From a bacterium (GTDB taxonomy: Bacteria > Bacteroidota > Ignavibacteria > Kapaibacteriales > UBA2268): DNA of 64,000 nt. Shown piece by piece: positions 49,223 through 60,145 of the stretch. Every line of letters begins with the position of its first letter. The first letter of the stretch is position 1. Made by a program: the position numbers and the translations under genes. The stretch spans positions 76,097 to 140,096 of the forward strand of contig JANJTB010000031.1 of NCBI GenBank assembly GCA_024711295.1, in the 5' to 3' direction. Under the pieces are notes generated by a model. That model searched no databases. It worked only from the letters and a program-made list of their open reading frames with translations, and was not told where the DNA came from.

Positions 49223-50185
49223 ATGAGACATAAAATTAAGACTATACTTTTCAGTAAATCATATATCGGAGCTTTACTTTTTGCTTTAGCACTGTGGGCT
49301 TATACAGCGCTTAGTGGGCACTACTCTACATTAGTGAATATGCCTCTGAAAATTATTTTACCAGAAAACCGTGCATTTGAAGAGCCTCCACCCAAAAGCA
49401 TACTTTTGGAAGTAAAAGGAACCGGATGGAATTTGTTCAACTTTCTTTTCTTTAACAATTCAAAGCAAGTAATGGTAGATTTGTCAGATTCCAAAATTAT
49501 TGATAGTGAATTTTCTGTTCAACGTTCCAATTTATTAAAAGGTATTCAAGGTATGGAAAAAGTTGAACTATCTGATATATTAACTGAATCCATTACAGTG
49601 CATACTGGAAAAGTTACCACTTACGGAGTAAAAGTCGAGCCTGATATCAGGGTTGAGCCAGCTGACGGCTTTACGCTGGTAGGTAATGTTAAGGTTTATC
49701 CTGATATGGTTGAAATTCGTGGAAATGATAAAATTGTTAGCAAAATTCAAAGTTGGAAAACCAAATATGCATTTTATGAAGATGTAAACAAGTCATTTTC
49801 AGAGTCTATCGAACTCTCAGACTCACTTGATGGAATTGTAAATATTAATCTAAAGAAGGTTGATTTCATTGCAAATGTTCAACAAACATGTGAAATTACA
49901 TTCAACGAAATCAAGGTGAATATTAGAGGTGGCACTACACCTAAAAATCATGTAATCTATCCTGATTTTGTGACTATCACATTCAGAGGTGGAATAAATG
50001 AAATTGCTGAATTAAACCCTGATAAATTGAGTGTTTCAATCAATTATGCTGATATTATTAATGACAAAACGGGTATTCTTATTCCAAAAATTGAATACCC
50101 GGGAAGTGTCAAAATAATAAATGTTGAACCTAAGTATTTAATAAACCATAAAGTTGTCAGAACCAACACACTTGCAGAAAATTAG
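49223..50185 (+). CDS. YbbR/CdaR-like protein
   Basis: N-terminal TM (ALALW), repeated beta modules with V.V.G and P..V.I.G patterns. Confidence 0.75.
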   Translation: MRHKIKTILFSKSYIGALLFALALWAYTALSGHYSTLVNMPLKIILPENRAFEEPPPKSILLEVKGTGWNLFNFLFFNNSKQVMVDLSDSKIIDSEFSVQRSNLLKGIQGMEKVELSDILTESITVHTGKVTTYGVKVEPDIRVEPADGFTLVGNVKVYPDMVEIRGNDKIVSKIQSWKTKYAFYEDVNKSFSESIELSDSLDGIVNINLKKVDFIANVQQTCEITFNEIKVNIRGGTTPKNHVIYPDFVTITFRGGINEIAELNPDKLSVSINYADIINDKTGILIPKIEYPGSVKIINVEPKYLINHKVVRTNTLAEN

Positions 50186-53184
50186 TTTTTATTTATCCAA
50201 TTCAATTTTGAAGTATCAATTGATGAAGGATAAATTTCAGTGCTAAATGCTGGTCTGCCTGTTCTTGCTATATTCAATAATACCAATGAATATGATTGAT
50301 AGTGTATCAACCTGTTCAATACTTTTACATCTTTTAAATCTTTGAATGAAATAATTGAGCATTTCAGATCTTCTGAATATTTATGCTCTACATTAGCCAT
50401 AAGAATGTTTTCAGTCAATGATGCTTTTTTTCCATTATAAATAAAAACATCCTTATCTAAAGAAATACCATTTTTTAATTGAACTGTAAAATCAGCTAAA
50501 ACTTGATTATTGCCAGCATTCCCCAAAATCAGAAGTGAATACCTTTCTAAATCTCGTTTGGAAATGTTTGAAGCAATTGAATATTCAAAGTCATAACCGC
50601 TTTCTTTGAGGGACTTAACAAACTCCATTGCAACAATATACTCAGCACTTTCTTTTTCGGGCAAAATTACCATAGGTTTAGAATTTAATACTTGATTAAA
50701 ACTGGTTGGCTTTTCCCATTCGTTAATTTTTCGAAGAGTTTCTAATTCATCATCTAAAGTTACGGACTTTATTTTTCCTAAGTAAGGCAATCTAAATGTA
50801 TTGACTGTATCTGTTATAGTCAGATAGTGTTTCTGATTTGTTTCATCTTCGTAATGTATTTTTACAGGTAATGAAAATACTCTCTTAATCGAAGATGATA
50901 TTTTTATTAATAATGAGTCTCCTTCAATTATTGGATCAGCAGAAAATTTTACCTCAGGGATATCTTTGGTTTTAATGAAATCATTGATAATATTTCTTAT
51001 CTTTAAATCTTTATGTGATTCCCTTGTTTTATCGTTAAACTCACTTATCAGGCTTGACCAGTAAGCCCTTTTGCCTGAATACTTTTCTGAGAAGGACTTC
51101 ATAACTTCAAAGAATTTTTCATTTCCGACTAATTTTAATAACTCAATAAAAACAAATGCACCTTTTGAATATCCAACCACTGCGTCAAATGTATTCCTCT
51201 GATATTTAAAATCATTAACAGGATAATTTTTATCGTTTGGGAGTGCGTCAATAGCCATTAAAGCTTTTCTACGCCAATCAATAGCTTCTTTTGCATTATT
51301 AGTTATAATATTGTAATAATAATTAGTTGAAAAAGTTGTTAGAGCTTCGCACCAGTTACCCATTTCGTAGTCAACAAATACGCTGTTACCCCACCAATTA
51401 TGAACAAATTCGTGTGCCAATGAACCAGGAGACAATGTAACCCAAGGCATAGCAGTTAGTTTATCAGATAACAAGGTGAAACCTGGCATTCCAAATCCTG
51501 TAGGGAAAAAGTTTTCAACTATATTAAATGATTTATACGGGTAATTGCCGAATAAGCTTGTGTATTGATCAAAGTATTTGATTGATTCATTTAAATATTG
51601 CTCAAGGTGAGGCGCATCTTTGTAGTAATATATCCCAAAAGTTACTCCATTGTGCTCTTTAGATTTATGGTTATATTTGCCACCAACTAATATCAATTCA
51701 TCAATAAACTTATCGTTACCTACTCTGTAAGTTGTTTTGTTGTCAGAGGTGACCGGAGTAATATCCCCTGTAGTTATCAGCTTATAATCATTTGGAAGTG
51801 TAATTTTTGCATTAAATTTTGCTAAATCTTTTTCAGTCTGTGGATAATAGGAACCTCCAGGTAAATAAAATCCTTCATTCTCTTTAGGAGAAATAATTCC
51901 GGGAGTATTTGAATGCCTCTTTGTCAAATTAATTTCTGTTGGTGAGAAATTCACTACTCCTTGATATTTAATTGTAACTTCGAATGTTTCCTTGATGCCT
52001 CCGTTTTGGTAAGATTGATTAGCAAACGATTTATTTTTAAGTATAATTTCATTATAATAATCATCAATTTTCCTAACTTCGAAGTCTATATTATTATCTT
52101 TATCACTTATATTCAATATTTCTATTGTATTTAAAATTTTAAGTGACGAAGATTTCAAAATTGGGTTTTTAAACCTAATTTTATCAGTACCAAGTATTTG
52201 AGATTTTGTTGGAATAATTTCAAGGTTAATTACATGATCAACGGCATAATTTTCACCAAAGTGAGAAGCACCACCCATCATTTGCATCTGAGGTTCTTTT
52301 TTCTTTGGTGGAATAAATAACACAAAGTTTGCTTGTTTCGAAAGTTCAGAACTGAAATCTATTTTATCAGTTTCTTCATAGTATATTGGAGTTATAACAG
52401 CAATCCTTAAATCTGGTTTTCTGCGTTGCAACATAGCAGCAGTACCCAAAAAGCTGTTAGAATGAAAGTCACCGTTAAAATGCACTACTTTATGACCAGG
52501 GCTATTATTAATAGCTTCAAGAATAGACTCTGCCATTGTTTCGTCCTTAATGCACTGTGCACCATAATAAAGGTAAAGTGTATTTAACTTGTTATGGCTA
52601 AGCTTTTCAACTTCTTTTTTATCACCTATCATTGTTTCCAGAAACTTATCCAAATACTGGTCTTCCTTTAGCAACATTGTTTTTGCAATAAATGATTTTT
52701 CCTCTTCACTTAGTTTCAGATAACCTGTCATTCCCTCTTGAACATATAGTGCAGCATATTTTCTGGGAATATTTGCTGCTAACACTTGTGCATGATTAAG
52801 CTTGGCAGTTTCTACCAAAGTTTTATAAAACTTTTTATAATCGGGCCAAGGACGACTATTTTTCAGAAATTCTTCTTCTGATATTTGATCACTTAAATAG
52901 CTGTTTAAATGTTTTTGAACATCTTTTTCGAACATCTCCAAAGAAACTATTGTTTTAGGATTCACTTCAAAAAAACTTTTGAGATAAATATCCTGAAGAT
53001 AATGATTTAGACTATCGTCATGAAATTCACCAAAAAAAATCACATCATATTGACTGGTGTTTTTTACTAATTCATCTATTTGAATTTTCTTCGACACATT
53101 AGTATCATATATATAGAATTCGTTTGCGATAGATCGTGAATTTATTAATATCATAAAAAACAATAAGTTAAGTAATAATTTCAT
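50182..53184 (-). CDS. ChaN-like (heme/iron uptake) domain fused to M1 zinc aminopeptidase
   Basis: N-terminus: FGEFHD, LEMFE, WPDY, AANIPR, AQCIKDETMAE, NGDFHS. C-terminal half: HEFVH...NWCEAL and GYSKG. Confidence 0.8.
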   Translation of the reverse strand: MKLLLNLLFFMILINSRSIANEFYIYDTNVSKKIQIDELVKNTSQYDVIFFGEFHDDSLNHYLQDIYLKSFFEVNPKTIVSLEMFEKDVQKHLNSYLSDQISEEEFLKNSRPWPDYKKFYKTLVETAKLNHAQVLAANIPRKYAALYVQEGMTGYLKLSEEEKSFIAKTMLLKEDQYLDKFLETMIGDKKEVEKLSHNKLNTLYLYYGAQCIKDETMAESILEAINNSPGHKVVHFNGDFHSNSFLGTAAMLQRRKPDLRIAVITPIYYEETDKIDFSSELSKQANFVLFIPPKKKEPQMQMMGGASHFGENYAVDHVINLEIIPTKSQILGTDKIRFKNPILKSSSLKILNTIEILNISDKDNNIDFEVRKIDDYYNEIILKNKSFANQSYQNGGIKETFEVTIKYQGVVNFSPTEINLTKRHSNTPGIISPKENEGFYLPGGSYYPQTEKDLAKFNAKITLPNDYKLITTGDITPVTSDNKTTYRVGNDKFIDELILVGGKYNHKSKEHNGVTFGIYYYKDAPHLEQYLNESIKYFDQYTSLFGNYPYKSFNIVENFFPTGFGMPGFTLLSDKLTAMPWVTLSPGSLAHEFVHNWWGNSVFVDYEMGNWCEALTTFSTNYYYNIITNNAKEAIDWRRKALMAIDALPNDKNYPVNDFKYQRNTFDAVVGYSKGAFVFIELLKLVGNEKFFEVMKSFSEKYSGKRAYWSSLISEFNDKTRESHKDLKIRNIINDFIKTKDIPEVKFSADPIIEGDSLLIKISSSIKRVFSLPVKIHYEDETNQKHYLTITDTVNTFRLPYLGKIKSVTLDDELETLRKINEWEKPTSFNQVLNSKPMVILPEKESAEYIVAMEFVKSLKESGYDFEYSIASNISKRDLERYSLLILGNAGNNQVLADFTVQLKNGISLDKDVFIYNGKKASLTENILMANVEHKYSEDLKCSIISFKDLKDVKVLNRLIHYQSYSLVLLNIARTGRPAFSTEIYPSSIDTSKLNWINKN

Positions 53185-53376
53185 TTAAATCAATCCTTTT
53201 TTTAAAATTTTTTTAATTGTTATAGCTTAAAAATAATATTTTTTTTTGTTAGTATTGTAATTTATCATATTTTTATGTCAAATATTTCGAAATTATATTT
53301 TAATAATATTTTTCATAAAATTTAATATTAACTTTTTCATCTTTAAGTCAATTTAATTAGCTTTTTATGGAACTCT

Positions 53377-54228
53377 TTGGATATGAACACAAACAGTCAA
53401 ATTAACTTCAAAGAATACAGGACTCTTAAAGATATATTGTTAGATTCATTCAAATTCAACCGGGCTGAATTTAAGAGATTTTTTAAATTTCAATTAATAT
53501 TTTTAGTTCCGGCTTTATTATTGTTAGGAATTGTTATTGGGCTTTACAGAGCTGAACTTTTTGAAAATACTATTCCTAATCCTAGTGAAGAAGTATTTTC
53601 TTACAATTATATAGAATACTTTTTAATTAACTATGGAGTGAGATTTATTGTCTATTTCATAGCAATTTCCCTTTCAACTTCAGTTACAATTACTTATCTG
53701 TTTATGTATGTCAATCAATTAAATTTTAACAATAAAGAATTTATTTCTGAGCTTAAACAAATAATTCATAAAGTTTTTGGATTGGTTTTCATACAGTTGT
53801 TACTTGTAAGTATTGGATTTTCCTTCTTTATATTTCCAGGTGTTTATTTTTTGAGTGTATTTTCATTGTCAACAGCAATCATGATTTTCGAAGACTCAGG
53901 GATATTAAATTCATTTAAGCGTAGTTTTTATTTCACCAATAGCTCGTTGATAAAAACTATTTCAATGTTACTTATTTTAACATTTATTTCTTCGCTGATG
54001 ATTTTGGTAATCAATTTACCTTCTTTATCACTTTCTATACTTGAATATTACAATGTTTTCAAAATATCAGAGTCAGAATTCATTTTTCATTTCAACATAT
54101 TTGCAGGAATAATATTCCTTTTGTCATTTATGGTCTATTCTTTTATATCTACAACACTAACACTTTATTACTTCAGTCAATACGAATATAAAGAATCCAG
54201 AAAAATTCCCAAAACTGTTAATAATTAA
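53377..54228 (+). CDS. Hypothetical integral membrane protein
   Basis: About 6 TM segments; FIFPG.Y and SFKRS pattern. Confidence 0.65.
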   Translation: MDMNTNSQINFKEYRTLKDILLDSFKFNRAEFKRFFKFQLIFLVPALLLLGIVIGLYRAELFENTIPNPSEEVFSYNYIEYFLINYGVRFIVYFIAISLSTSVTITYLFMYVNQLNFNNKEFISELKQIIHKVFGLVFIQLLLVSIGFSFFIFPGVYFLSVFSLSTAIMIFEDSGILNSFKRSFYFTNSSLIKTISMLLILTFISSLMILVINLPSLSLSILEYYNVFKISESEFIFHFNIFAGIIFLLSFMVYSFISTTLTLYYFSQYEYKESRKIPKTVNN

Positions 54229-54245
54229 TAAATAAAAGAGAATAT

Positions 54246-55517
54246 ATGATAATCCATTCAAATTTCCTGAAGCCAGGGCCAAACAAAAAAATGGAGTTCT
54301 TTCAACATCACTATTTATCATTTGATAAGAATGGTGTCATAGATTATTTCGGAAGTGAATATGATAAAATCCCTAACAGTGAGAATAAGTCAAAAAAAGT
54401 AATGACCGAATTTATAATAATGCCAGGGTTGATAGATTTACATTCTCATATTACTCAATTTCCAGCTATTGGAATTGGTAAGGGTGGTTTGCTGGAATGG
54501 TTGGATAACTATATTTTCCCATTGGAAAAAAAGTTCGAACAAACTGAGTATGCTTATTATTTATCAGAGCTTTTCTTTAATGAAGCGATAAAGTACGGCA
54601 CAACTACTATTGTTACATATTCAAACTCATCATTTGAAGGCACTGATGCAGCATTCGAAATTGCCAAAGATAATGGATTAAGAGTATTCATCGGTAATTC
54701 ACTTATGGACTGGAATTTAAATGATAACTTTGGGAAAAGTACATCAGAAAATCTTTCGATAACCAATAAATTGATTTCAAAGTGGCACAAGTTCAACGAC
54801 CAAATAAATTACATTCTAACTCCAAGGTATGCTCTTGTAAGCTCTTTTGAATTGATGCAAAAGGTATCAGAAATAGCAACAAAAGAAGATTTGTTTATAC
54901 AAACACACTTAGCAGAAAACCTAAGTGAAATTAAAAAAATAAAAGATTGCTACCCAAATTTTGATTCATATACACAAGTTTATGAAAAATCAGGTGTCTT
55001 GACCGATAAGACTCTGCTTGCTCATTGTATTCAGCTTAGTGATGAAGAAATTAAAATCATTGAAAAAAACAACTCTTCAATAGTTCACTGCCCAAGTTCA
55101 AATAATTATTTAAGGAGCGGATTTTTCAATATTTTTGATAAACGAAAATCTAATATAAGAAAGTCACTAGGCTCAGATGTTGCTGCAGGTACTTCACTTT
55201 CGATGTTAAATGAAGCAAAAGAAGCCATCAACACAAACAAAACAATAAACATATTGCAGCATGGCAGTGTTGAAGAACTTGGAGCAGACGAGGTTTTGTG
55301 GATGATTACAAAAGGCTCTGCTGAGATTTTACATCTTCAAGATAAAATTGGAGATTTTATGGTTGGGATGTTAGCAGATTTTATAGCTATAAACACCGAT
55401 AAAATACCGATGTATGATCTTGAATTGACACCGGAAAATTTATGTTCACGTTTGGTATACTCAATTTCGAACCGCTACGTTGACCTGACATACTCAAGGG
55501 GTATTCGACTGCATTAG
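54246..55517 (+). CDS. guaD: Guanine deaminase (amidohydrolase)
   Basis: PGLIDLHSH..Q, LLEWL..YIFPLE, TPRYA, QTHLAEN, HCPSSN and GSDVAAG motifs. Confidence 0.85.
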   Translation: MIIHSNFLKPGPNKKMEFFQHHYLSFDKNGVIDYFGSEYDKIPNSENKSKKVMTEFIIMPGLIDLHSHITQFPAIGIGKGGLLEWLDNYIFPLEKKFEQTEYAYYLSELFFNEAIKYGTTTIVTYSNSSFEGTDAAFEIAKDNGLRVFIGNSLMDWNLNDNFGKSTSENLSITNKLISKWHKFNDQINYILTPRYALVSSFELMQKVSEIATKEDLFIQTHLAENLSEIKKIKDCYPNFDSYTQVYEKSGVLTDKTLLAHCIQLSDEEIKIIEKNNSSIVHCPSSNNYLRSGFFNIFDKRKSNIRKSLGSDVAAGTSLSMLNEAKEAINTNKTINILQHGSVEELGADEVLWMITKGSAEILHLQDKIGDFMVGMLADFIAINTDKIPMYDLELTPENLCSRLVYSISNRYVDLTYSRGIRLH

Positions 55518-55526
55518 TTATAAAAT

Positions 55527-56900
55527 CTAATATTCTTTGATTTTCATAGGGTTAAGCAATGGTAAAGTAAAACTAAAAGTCGTACCAACACCTAAAGTAC
55601 TCTCGGCATATATTACGCAGTCTTTGTGCATTTCAATAAATTCTTTGCATAAAATCAAACCTAATCCTGTCCCCTTTTCATTTTTTGTTCCATGATGCTT
55701 GAAATTTGAGTCAGGTTTAAATAATTTTTCAATATTTTCTGCACTAATACCTATACCAAAATCTTTCACCTGTGTCAATGCAAATTTACCATCCTTAAGT
55801 ATGCTAGTTGACACAATTATTTTGGAACCCTCGAAACTAAACTTAATTGCATTAGAAATTAAATTTCTTACAACGGTATTAACCAAATTAATATCAGCAA
55901 ATAATTCTCTATCCAGATTATTATCGAATTCAATAGATATTTTTTTGTTAGATGCACTAAGCTTCTGCAATGAAATATTATTCAAAATGATATAATTCAG
56001 GTTGCAGGGCTCAGGATTAAATTCTACTCTGCTTTGCTGACTTCTTGCCCAAATAAGTAAATTATTTAACAACTCATAAATTTCTTTTGATGAGCTGTCA
56101 AGCATTTTAAGAATATCAAGCAAGTCTTTCTCATCTAAGCTGTTAAACTCTGAATAAGCTAAATTTGCTGCCTGATGAAAATTTGAAATAGGATTTTTTA
56201 AGTCATGTGAAATGATTGAAAAAAACTTATCTTTTGTAGCATTCAAATGGATTAATTCATCGTTTTGATTAGTAATAATGTTGTTCTTCTCTTCTAAAAT
56301 CTGATTTTCAAGGTAAACGGTTTCCCGCTCAATAAATTTATTAAATACCAGTTTAACTACTATAAATACAACTGATATTGTAAATAAAACAGTAACAGTT
56401 AAATCAATAAATTTAGCTGCATCATTTTGATAATTTCTTACAATGGATGGATTAAAAAACTCCACAATTACTAAAACTAAATAAAATACAATAATTACTA
56501 GGAATATTATTACAGAACTGGTACCACGAGTTATCATTGAATAAATCATAGCAACAATCAACAATGTATAAAATGCCATTCCATCTATACCATCAAAATA
56601 GTACCATCCTAAGCCAATTGATATCAAAGACAGAGTAAATTGAAAATATAAAACAGGTAAAAATCTGAATTTGAAACGACTAAATAAATAACATACCAAG
56701 AATGCAAGAAAAGAAACAACACTAATTATATCAATTTGAGAATTCTGTTGAATAAAATAATTAAGAAATACACTAGAAAACATGAATACAGTTGAAATAA
56801 AAACAGTGAATTTAAGTAATTGAGTCTGGAATGAATCCTTGCTCACATCACCTAAAGCCACCATAATGAATTTATCAAACAAAGATATCGAATTACTCAT
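55527..56900 (-). CDS. Membrane sensor histidine kinase (orphan)
   Basis: Multiple N-terminal TMs; SHDLKNP, NLISNAIKF, DFGIG and GTGLGL motifs. Confidence 0.92.
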   Translation of the reverse strand: MSNSISLFDKFIMVALGDVSKDSFQTQLLKFTVFISTVFMFSSVFLNYFIQQNSQIDIISVVSFLAFLVCYLFSRFKFRFLPVLYFQFTLSLISIGLGWYYFDGIDGMAFYTLLIVAMIYSMITRGTSSVIIFLVIIVFYLVLVIVEFFNPSIVRNYQNDAAKFIDLTVTVLFTISVVFIVVKLVFNKFIERETVYLENQILEEKNNIITNQNDELIHLNATKDKFFSIISHDLKNPISNFHQAANLAYSEFNSLDEKDLLDILKMLDSSSKEIYELLNNLLIWARSQQSRVEFNPEPCNLNYIILNNISLQKLSASNKKISIEFDNNLDRELFADINLVNTVVRNLISNAIKFSFEGSKIIVSTSILKDGKFALTQVKDFGIGISAENIEKLFKPDSNFKHHGTKNEKGTGLGLILCKEFIEMHKDCVIYAESTLGVGTTFSFTLPLLNPMKIKEY

Positions 56901-57036
56901 GTTTTCAATATTTTTTTGTAATATTTAGCAAATATACTAAACTACAACCATTAATACAAAATATTTATAACAATTTAATTTGCTTTTATCAAAAATTGAA
57001 TATGATTTAAATACGTCTTTTTATTTACTTCAAAAC

Positions 57037-57067
57037 TTTGCTGTTAAAAATAAATGCAGTAAATTTG
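57037..57067 (+). promoter_or_regulatory. Bacteroidota-type promoter of the gcvPA operon
   Basis: TTTG (57037-57040), N19, TAAATTTG (57060-57067). Confidence 0.55.
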
Positions 57068-57116
57068 TAAGTTAAATTATTTACATTTTAGAAAATCTAA
57101 TTTTTTAGGAGATAAA

Positions 57117-58457
57117 ATGACGTTCGTTCCTAATACGGATAGCGAAAGACAGAAAATGTTAGACTCTATTGGGGTCGGAAATATTGACGATTTATTACAG
57201 AACATTCCATCACAAGTAAAATTAACCAAACCACTAAATTTACCAAAAACATTATCAGAGTTTGAAGTAATCAAATTGTTGAAAGAATTTGCAGGTAAAA
57301 ATGTCTCTTCTGAAAGCAACAGTTGCTTTTTAGGAGCAGGTGCTTACGATCATTTTGTACCATCAATAGTAGGTGCAGTACTTAGTAAGCCGGAATTCAA
57401 GACCGCTTATACACCATATCAGGCAGAAGTTTCTCAAGGAACTCTTCAAGCAATGTATGAGTTTCAGTCTATGATATGCGAACTTACAGGAATGGATGTT
57501 TCCAACGCTTCATTATATGATGCCGGAAGCGGATTGGCCGAAGCTTGCTTTTTGGCAAATGCACACAATAGAAAAACTGAATTTCTGATCGCAGGAAAAA
57601 TTAACCCATCATATTTGACTGTCACAAAGACAATTACTGATGGCAGAGAATATACTTTTAGAGAATTTATTAACAATGACGGTACAGCCGACATAGCAAA
57701 GCTTGAATCAGAAATTTCAGACAAAACGTCTGCTGTTATAGTGCAAATGCCTAACTTTTATGGTAACCTGGAAGATGTTTACGAAATTGAAAGAATAGCT
57801 CATTCCAAAAAAGCACTATTTATTGTTTCAGTGAATCCAATGTCGTTAGGCCTTATTGAACCTCCCGGAAAATACAATGCTGATGTTGTAATAGGCGAAG
57901 GTCAGCCATTAGGAATATCTCTTAATTTTGGCGGTCCATACCTGGGATTATTTGCTTGTAAGAATGAATTCGTAAGGAAAATTCCAGGTAGATTAGCAGG
58001 CATTACTGAAGATTTAGATGGCAAACGTTGCTTTGTTCTTACACTTCAAACTCGTGAGCAACAAATTAAGCGTGAAAAAGCTACCTCAAATATTTGTACT
58101 AACCAAGGTCTTTTTATGCTTGCAGCAACAGTTTACATGGAAACTATGGGCAAAGAGGGACTGAAAGAGGTTGCATATCAATCATTTCAAAAAGCACATT
58201 ACTTAGCTGTTGAAATTTCTAAAATTAATGGGTTTTCGTTGTTAAATGATAAACCTTTCTTTAATGAATTTGCAATTAAGGTGCCGGTAAGTGTAAGCGA
58301 AATCAAGAATAAATGTATCGCAAATAATATCATTGCCGGTTTTGATGTAACATCTGAGAATGGTAATACCCCTACTTTGCTCATAGCAGTAACTGAAAAA
58401 AGAACCAAAGAAGAAATGGATAAATTCATTGATATTTTGAGAACATTTTCTAAGTAA
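57117..58457 (+). CDS. gcvPA: Glycine dehydrogenase (decarboxylating) subunit 1
   Basis: FLGAGAYDH, TAYTPYQAEVSQG, NASLYD, GGPYLG and REKATSNICTNQ motifs. Confidence 0.95.
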   Translation: MTFVPNTDSERQKMLDSIGVGNIDDLLQNIPSQVKLTKPLNLPKTLSEFEVIKLLKEFAGKNVSSESNSCFLGAGAYDHFVPSIVGAVLSKPEFKTAYTPYQAEVSQGTLQAMYEFQSMICELTGMDVSNASLYDAGSGLAEACFLANAHNRKTEFLIAGKINPSYLTVTKTITDGREYTFREFINNDGTADIAKLESEISDKTSAVIVQMPNFYGNLEDVYEIERIAHSKKALFIVSVNPMSLGLIEPPGKYNADVVIGEGQPLGISLNFGGPYLGLFACKNEFVRKIPGRLAGITEDLDGKRCFVLTLQTREQQIKREKATSNICTNQGLFMLAATVYMETMGKEGLKEVAYQSFQKAHYLAVEISKINGFSLLNDKPFFNEFAIKVPVSVSEIKNKCIANNIIAGFDVTSENGNTPTLLIAVTEKRTKEEMDKFIDILRTFSK

Positions 58458-58768
58458 TGACTGAATCTAACGAAATAAATCAAAATCCAAAGCGCCGAAT
58501 TTCAATAATCGGCGTTTTGATTTTTGTTGTTTTTGCTGTAATAATAATTTTCTCCGATTATGGGTTGCTTAATAGATTCAAATTAGAATATAAAAGGCTG
58601 ACCCTGAAGGATGAAATTCAAAAGAAGTCTAAGTTGAGTGATTCTTTAAAAAATCAAATTGAACTTTTGAAATACGACCCTGCTACAATTGAGAGAATAG
58701 CCAGAGAAAAATATGGAATGAAGCGAAAAAATGAGGAAGTTTATTATTTACCGAAGGAAAAAAAATAG
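58457..58768 (+). CDS. ftsB: Septum formation initiator (FtsB/DivIC family)
   Basis: Single TM, coiled coil, IERIAREKYGM..NE.VY. Confidence 0.8.
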   Translation: MTESNEINQNPKRRISIIGVLIFVVFAVIIIFSDYGLLNRFKLEYKRLTLKDEIQKKSKLSDSLKNQIELLKYDPATIERIAREKYGMKRKNEEVYYLPKEKK

Positions 58769-59704
58769 TTGATATTGGCTTATGATATTGGTGGCACAAG
58801 CATTAAAGCCGGTGTTTTTGACAATGATGTTAATTTGATCAAAAAAATTAAACATAGTTATGGTAGTGATGCTTTCAAAGATGAATTCCCCGATATATTA
58901 ATATCAAATTTATTTGATATTTTTCAGAAGTTTTCAACTGAATTCAAAATTTCGGTTATTGGGTGCGGAGTACCTGGAGTGGTTGACTCTGAAGGTGTTG
59001 TTGAAGTGGCTCCAAACATGAAAAATATCCGTAAATACCCTTTAAAAAAATTACTTTCAAGCAAAGTTGATGTAGATGTAGTATTGGATAATGACGCAAA
59101 TACAGCAGCGTTGGCAGAGCTTTATAAAGGAAATGGAAGAGGTATAAGTAACTTTGTTTATGTTACATTGGGCACTGGTATAGGCGGTGCTATTATCTTT
59201 AATGGTAAGCTTTACAAAGGCGAGTCAGGGGGTGCTGGTGAAATTGGTCATATAATTATTGATTACAATAATCATTCATACGATGATAGGAATTATCGTT
59301 ATGGCACAATTGAAGTACTTGCAGGCAGACAAGGTATTCTTAATTTAACTAGTGAATTATTAAAGGATTACCCTCACTCACCTTTAAATCAAATTGATTA
59401 CGATATTCAGAACATTTCAGAATTATCTGAAGTTTATGACGAGTTATCCAATGAAGTTCTTACAATTACAGGAAATAGAATAGGTACTGCGTTATCTTCT
59501 GTTGCAAATATTCTGGATATTCCCACTTTTATAATAGGCGGTGGTATTTCCAAGTCGAAAGTTTTAATTAACGAAATCAAAAGAACTCTTGTTAAGAGAA
59601 CCATACCATCAATTTCCAATAGAATTAATGTAATAAATGCTCATTTTATGGATGAGACGGGAATTTATGGTGCTGCAACTTTAACAAAATTTATAGAATA
59701 CTAA
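58769..59704 (+). CDS. ROK family sugar kinase (glucokinase-like)
   Basis: [27 protein letters not shown] and GEIGH motifs. Confidence 0.9.
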   Translation: MILAYDIGGTSIKAGVFDNDVNLIKKIKHSYGSDAFKDEFPDILISNLFDIFQKFSTEFKISVIGCGVPGVVDSEGVVEVAPNMKNIRKYPLKKLLSSKVDVDVVLDNDANTAALAELYKGNGRGISNFVYVTLGTGIGGAIIFNGKLYKGESGGAGEIGHIIIDYNNHSYDDRNYRYGTIEVLAGRQGILNLTSELLKDYPHSPLNQIDYDIQNISELSEVYDELSNEVLTITGNRIGTALSSVANILDIPTFIIGGGISKSKVLINEIKRTLVKRTIPSISNRINVINAHFMDETGIYGAATLTKFIEY

Positions 59705-59721
59705 TACTAAGGATTAATCAA

Positions 59722-60102
59722 ATGAAAGAAAAAATTATAACCGAAAATGCTCCTGCACCTATCGGCCCATATTCACAAGCAATCAAAGCAAGCGGAAATT
59801 TCATTTTTGTATCGGGGCAAATCCCATTACTTCCTGATGGAACTCTTGCAGGTGAAGATATTGTTGCTCAGACACACCAATCAATTCGAAATATCAGAGC
59901 TATTTTGGAAGAATCCGGAAGTACTCTCGAAGATGTGGTAAAAACTACAGTGCTGATGCTTGACATGAATGAGTTTGCAACAATGAATTCAGTCTATAAT
60001 GAATATTTTGAAAGCAGCAAACCTGCAAGAGCAGCTTACCAGGTATCAAGATTACCTAAAGATGTTAGAATTGAAATCGAAGCTATTGCTTTAGTAAAAT
60101 AA
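59722..60102 (+). CDS. ridA: RidA family enamine/imine deaminase
   Basis: [19 protein letters not shown] and IEIEAIA motifs. Confidence 0.93.
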   Translation: MKEKIITENAPAPIGPYSQAIKASGNFIFVSGQIPLLPDGTLAGEDIVAQTHQSIRNIRAILEESGSTLEDVVKTTVLMLDMNEFATMNSVYNEYFESSKPARAAYQVSRLPKDVRIEIEAIALVK

Positions 60103-60145
60103 TAATTGTTAGTTCCGTTTATGAACATCATTTGGTATCAGCCAG

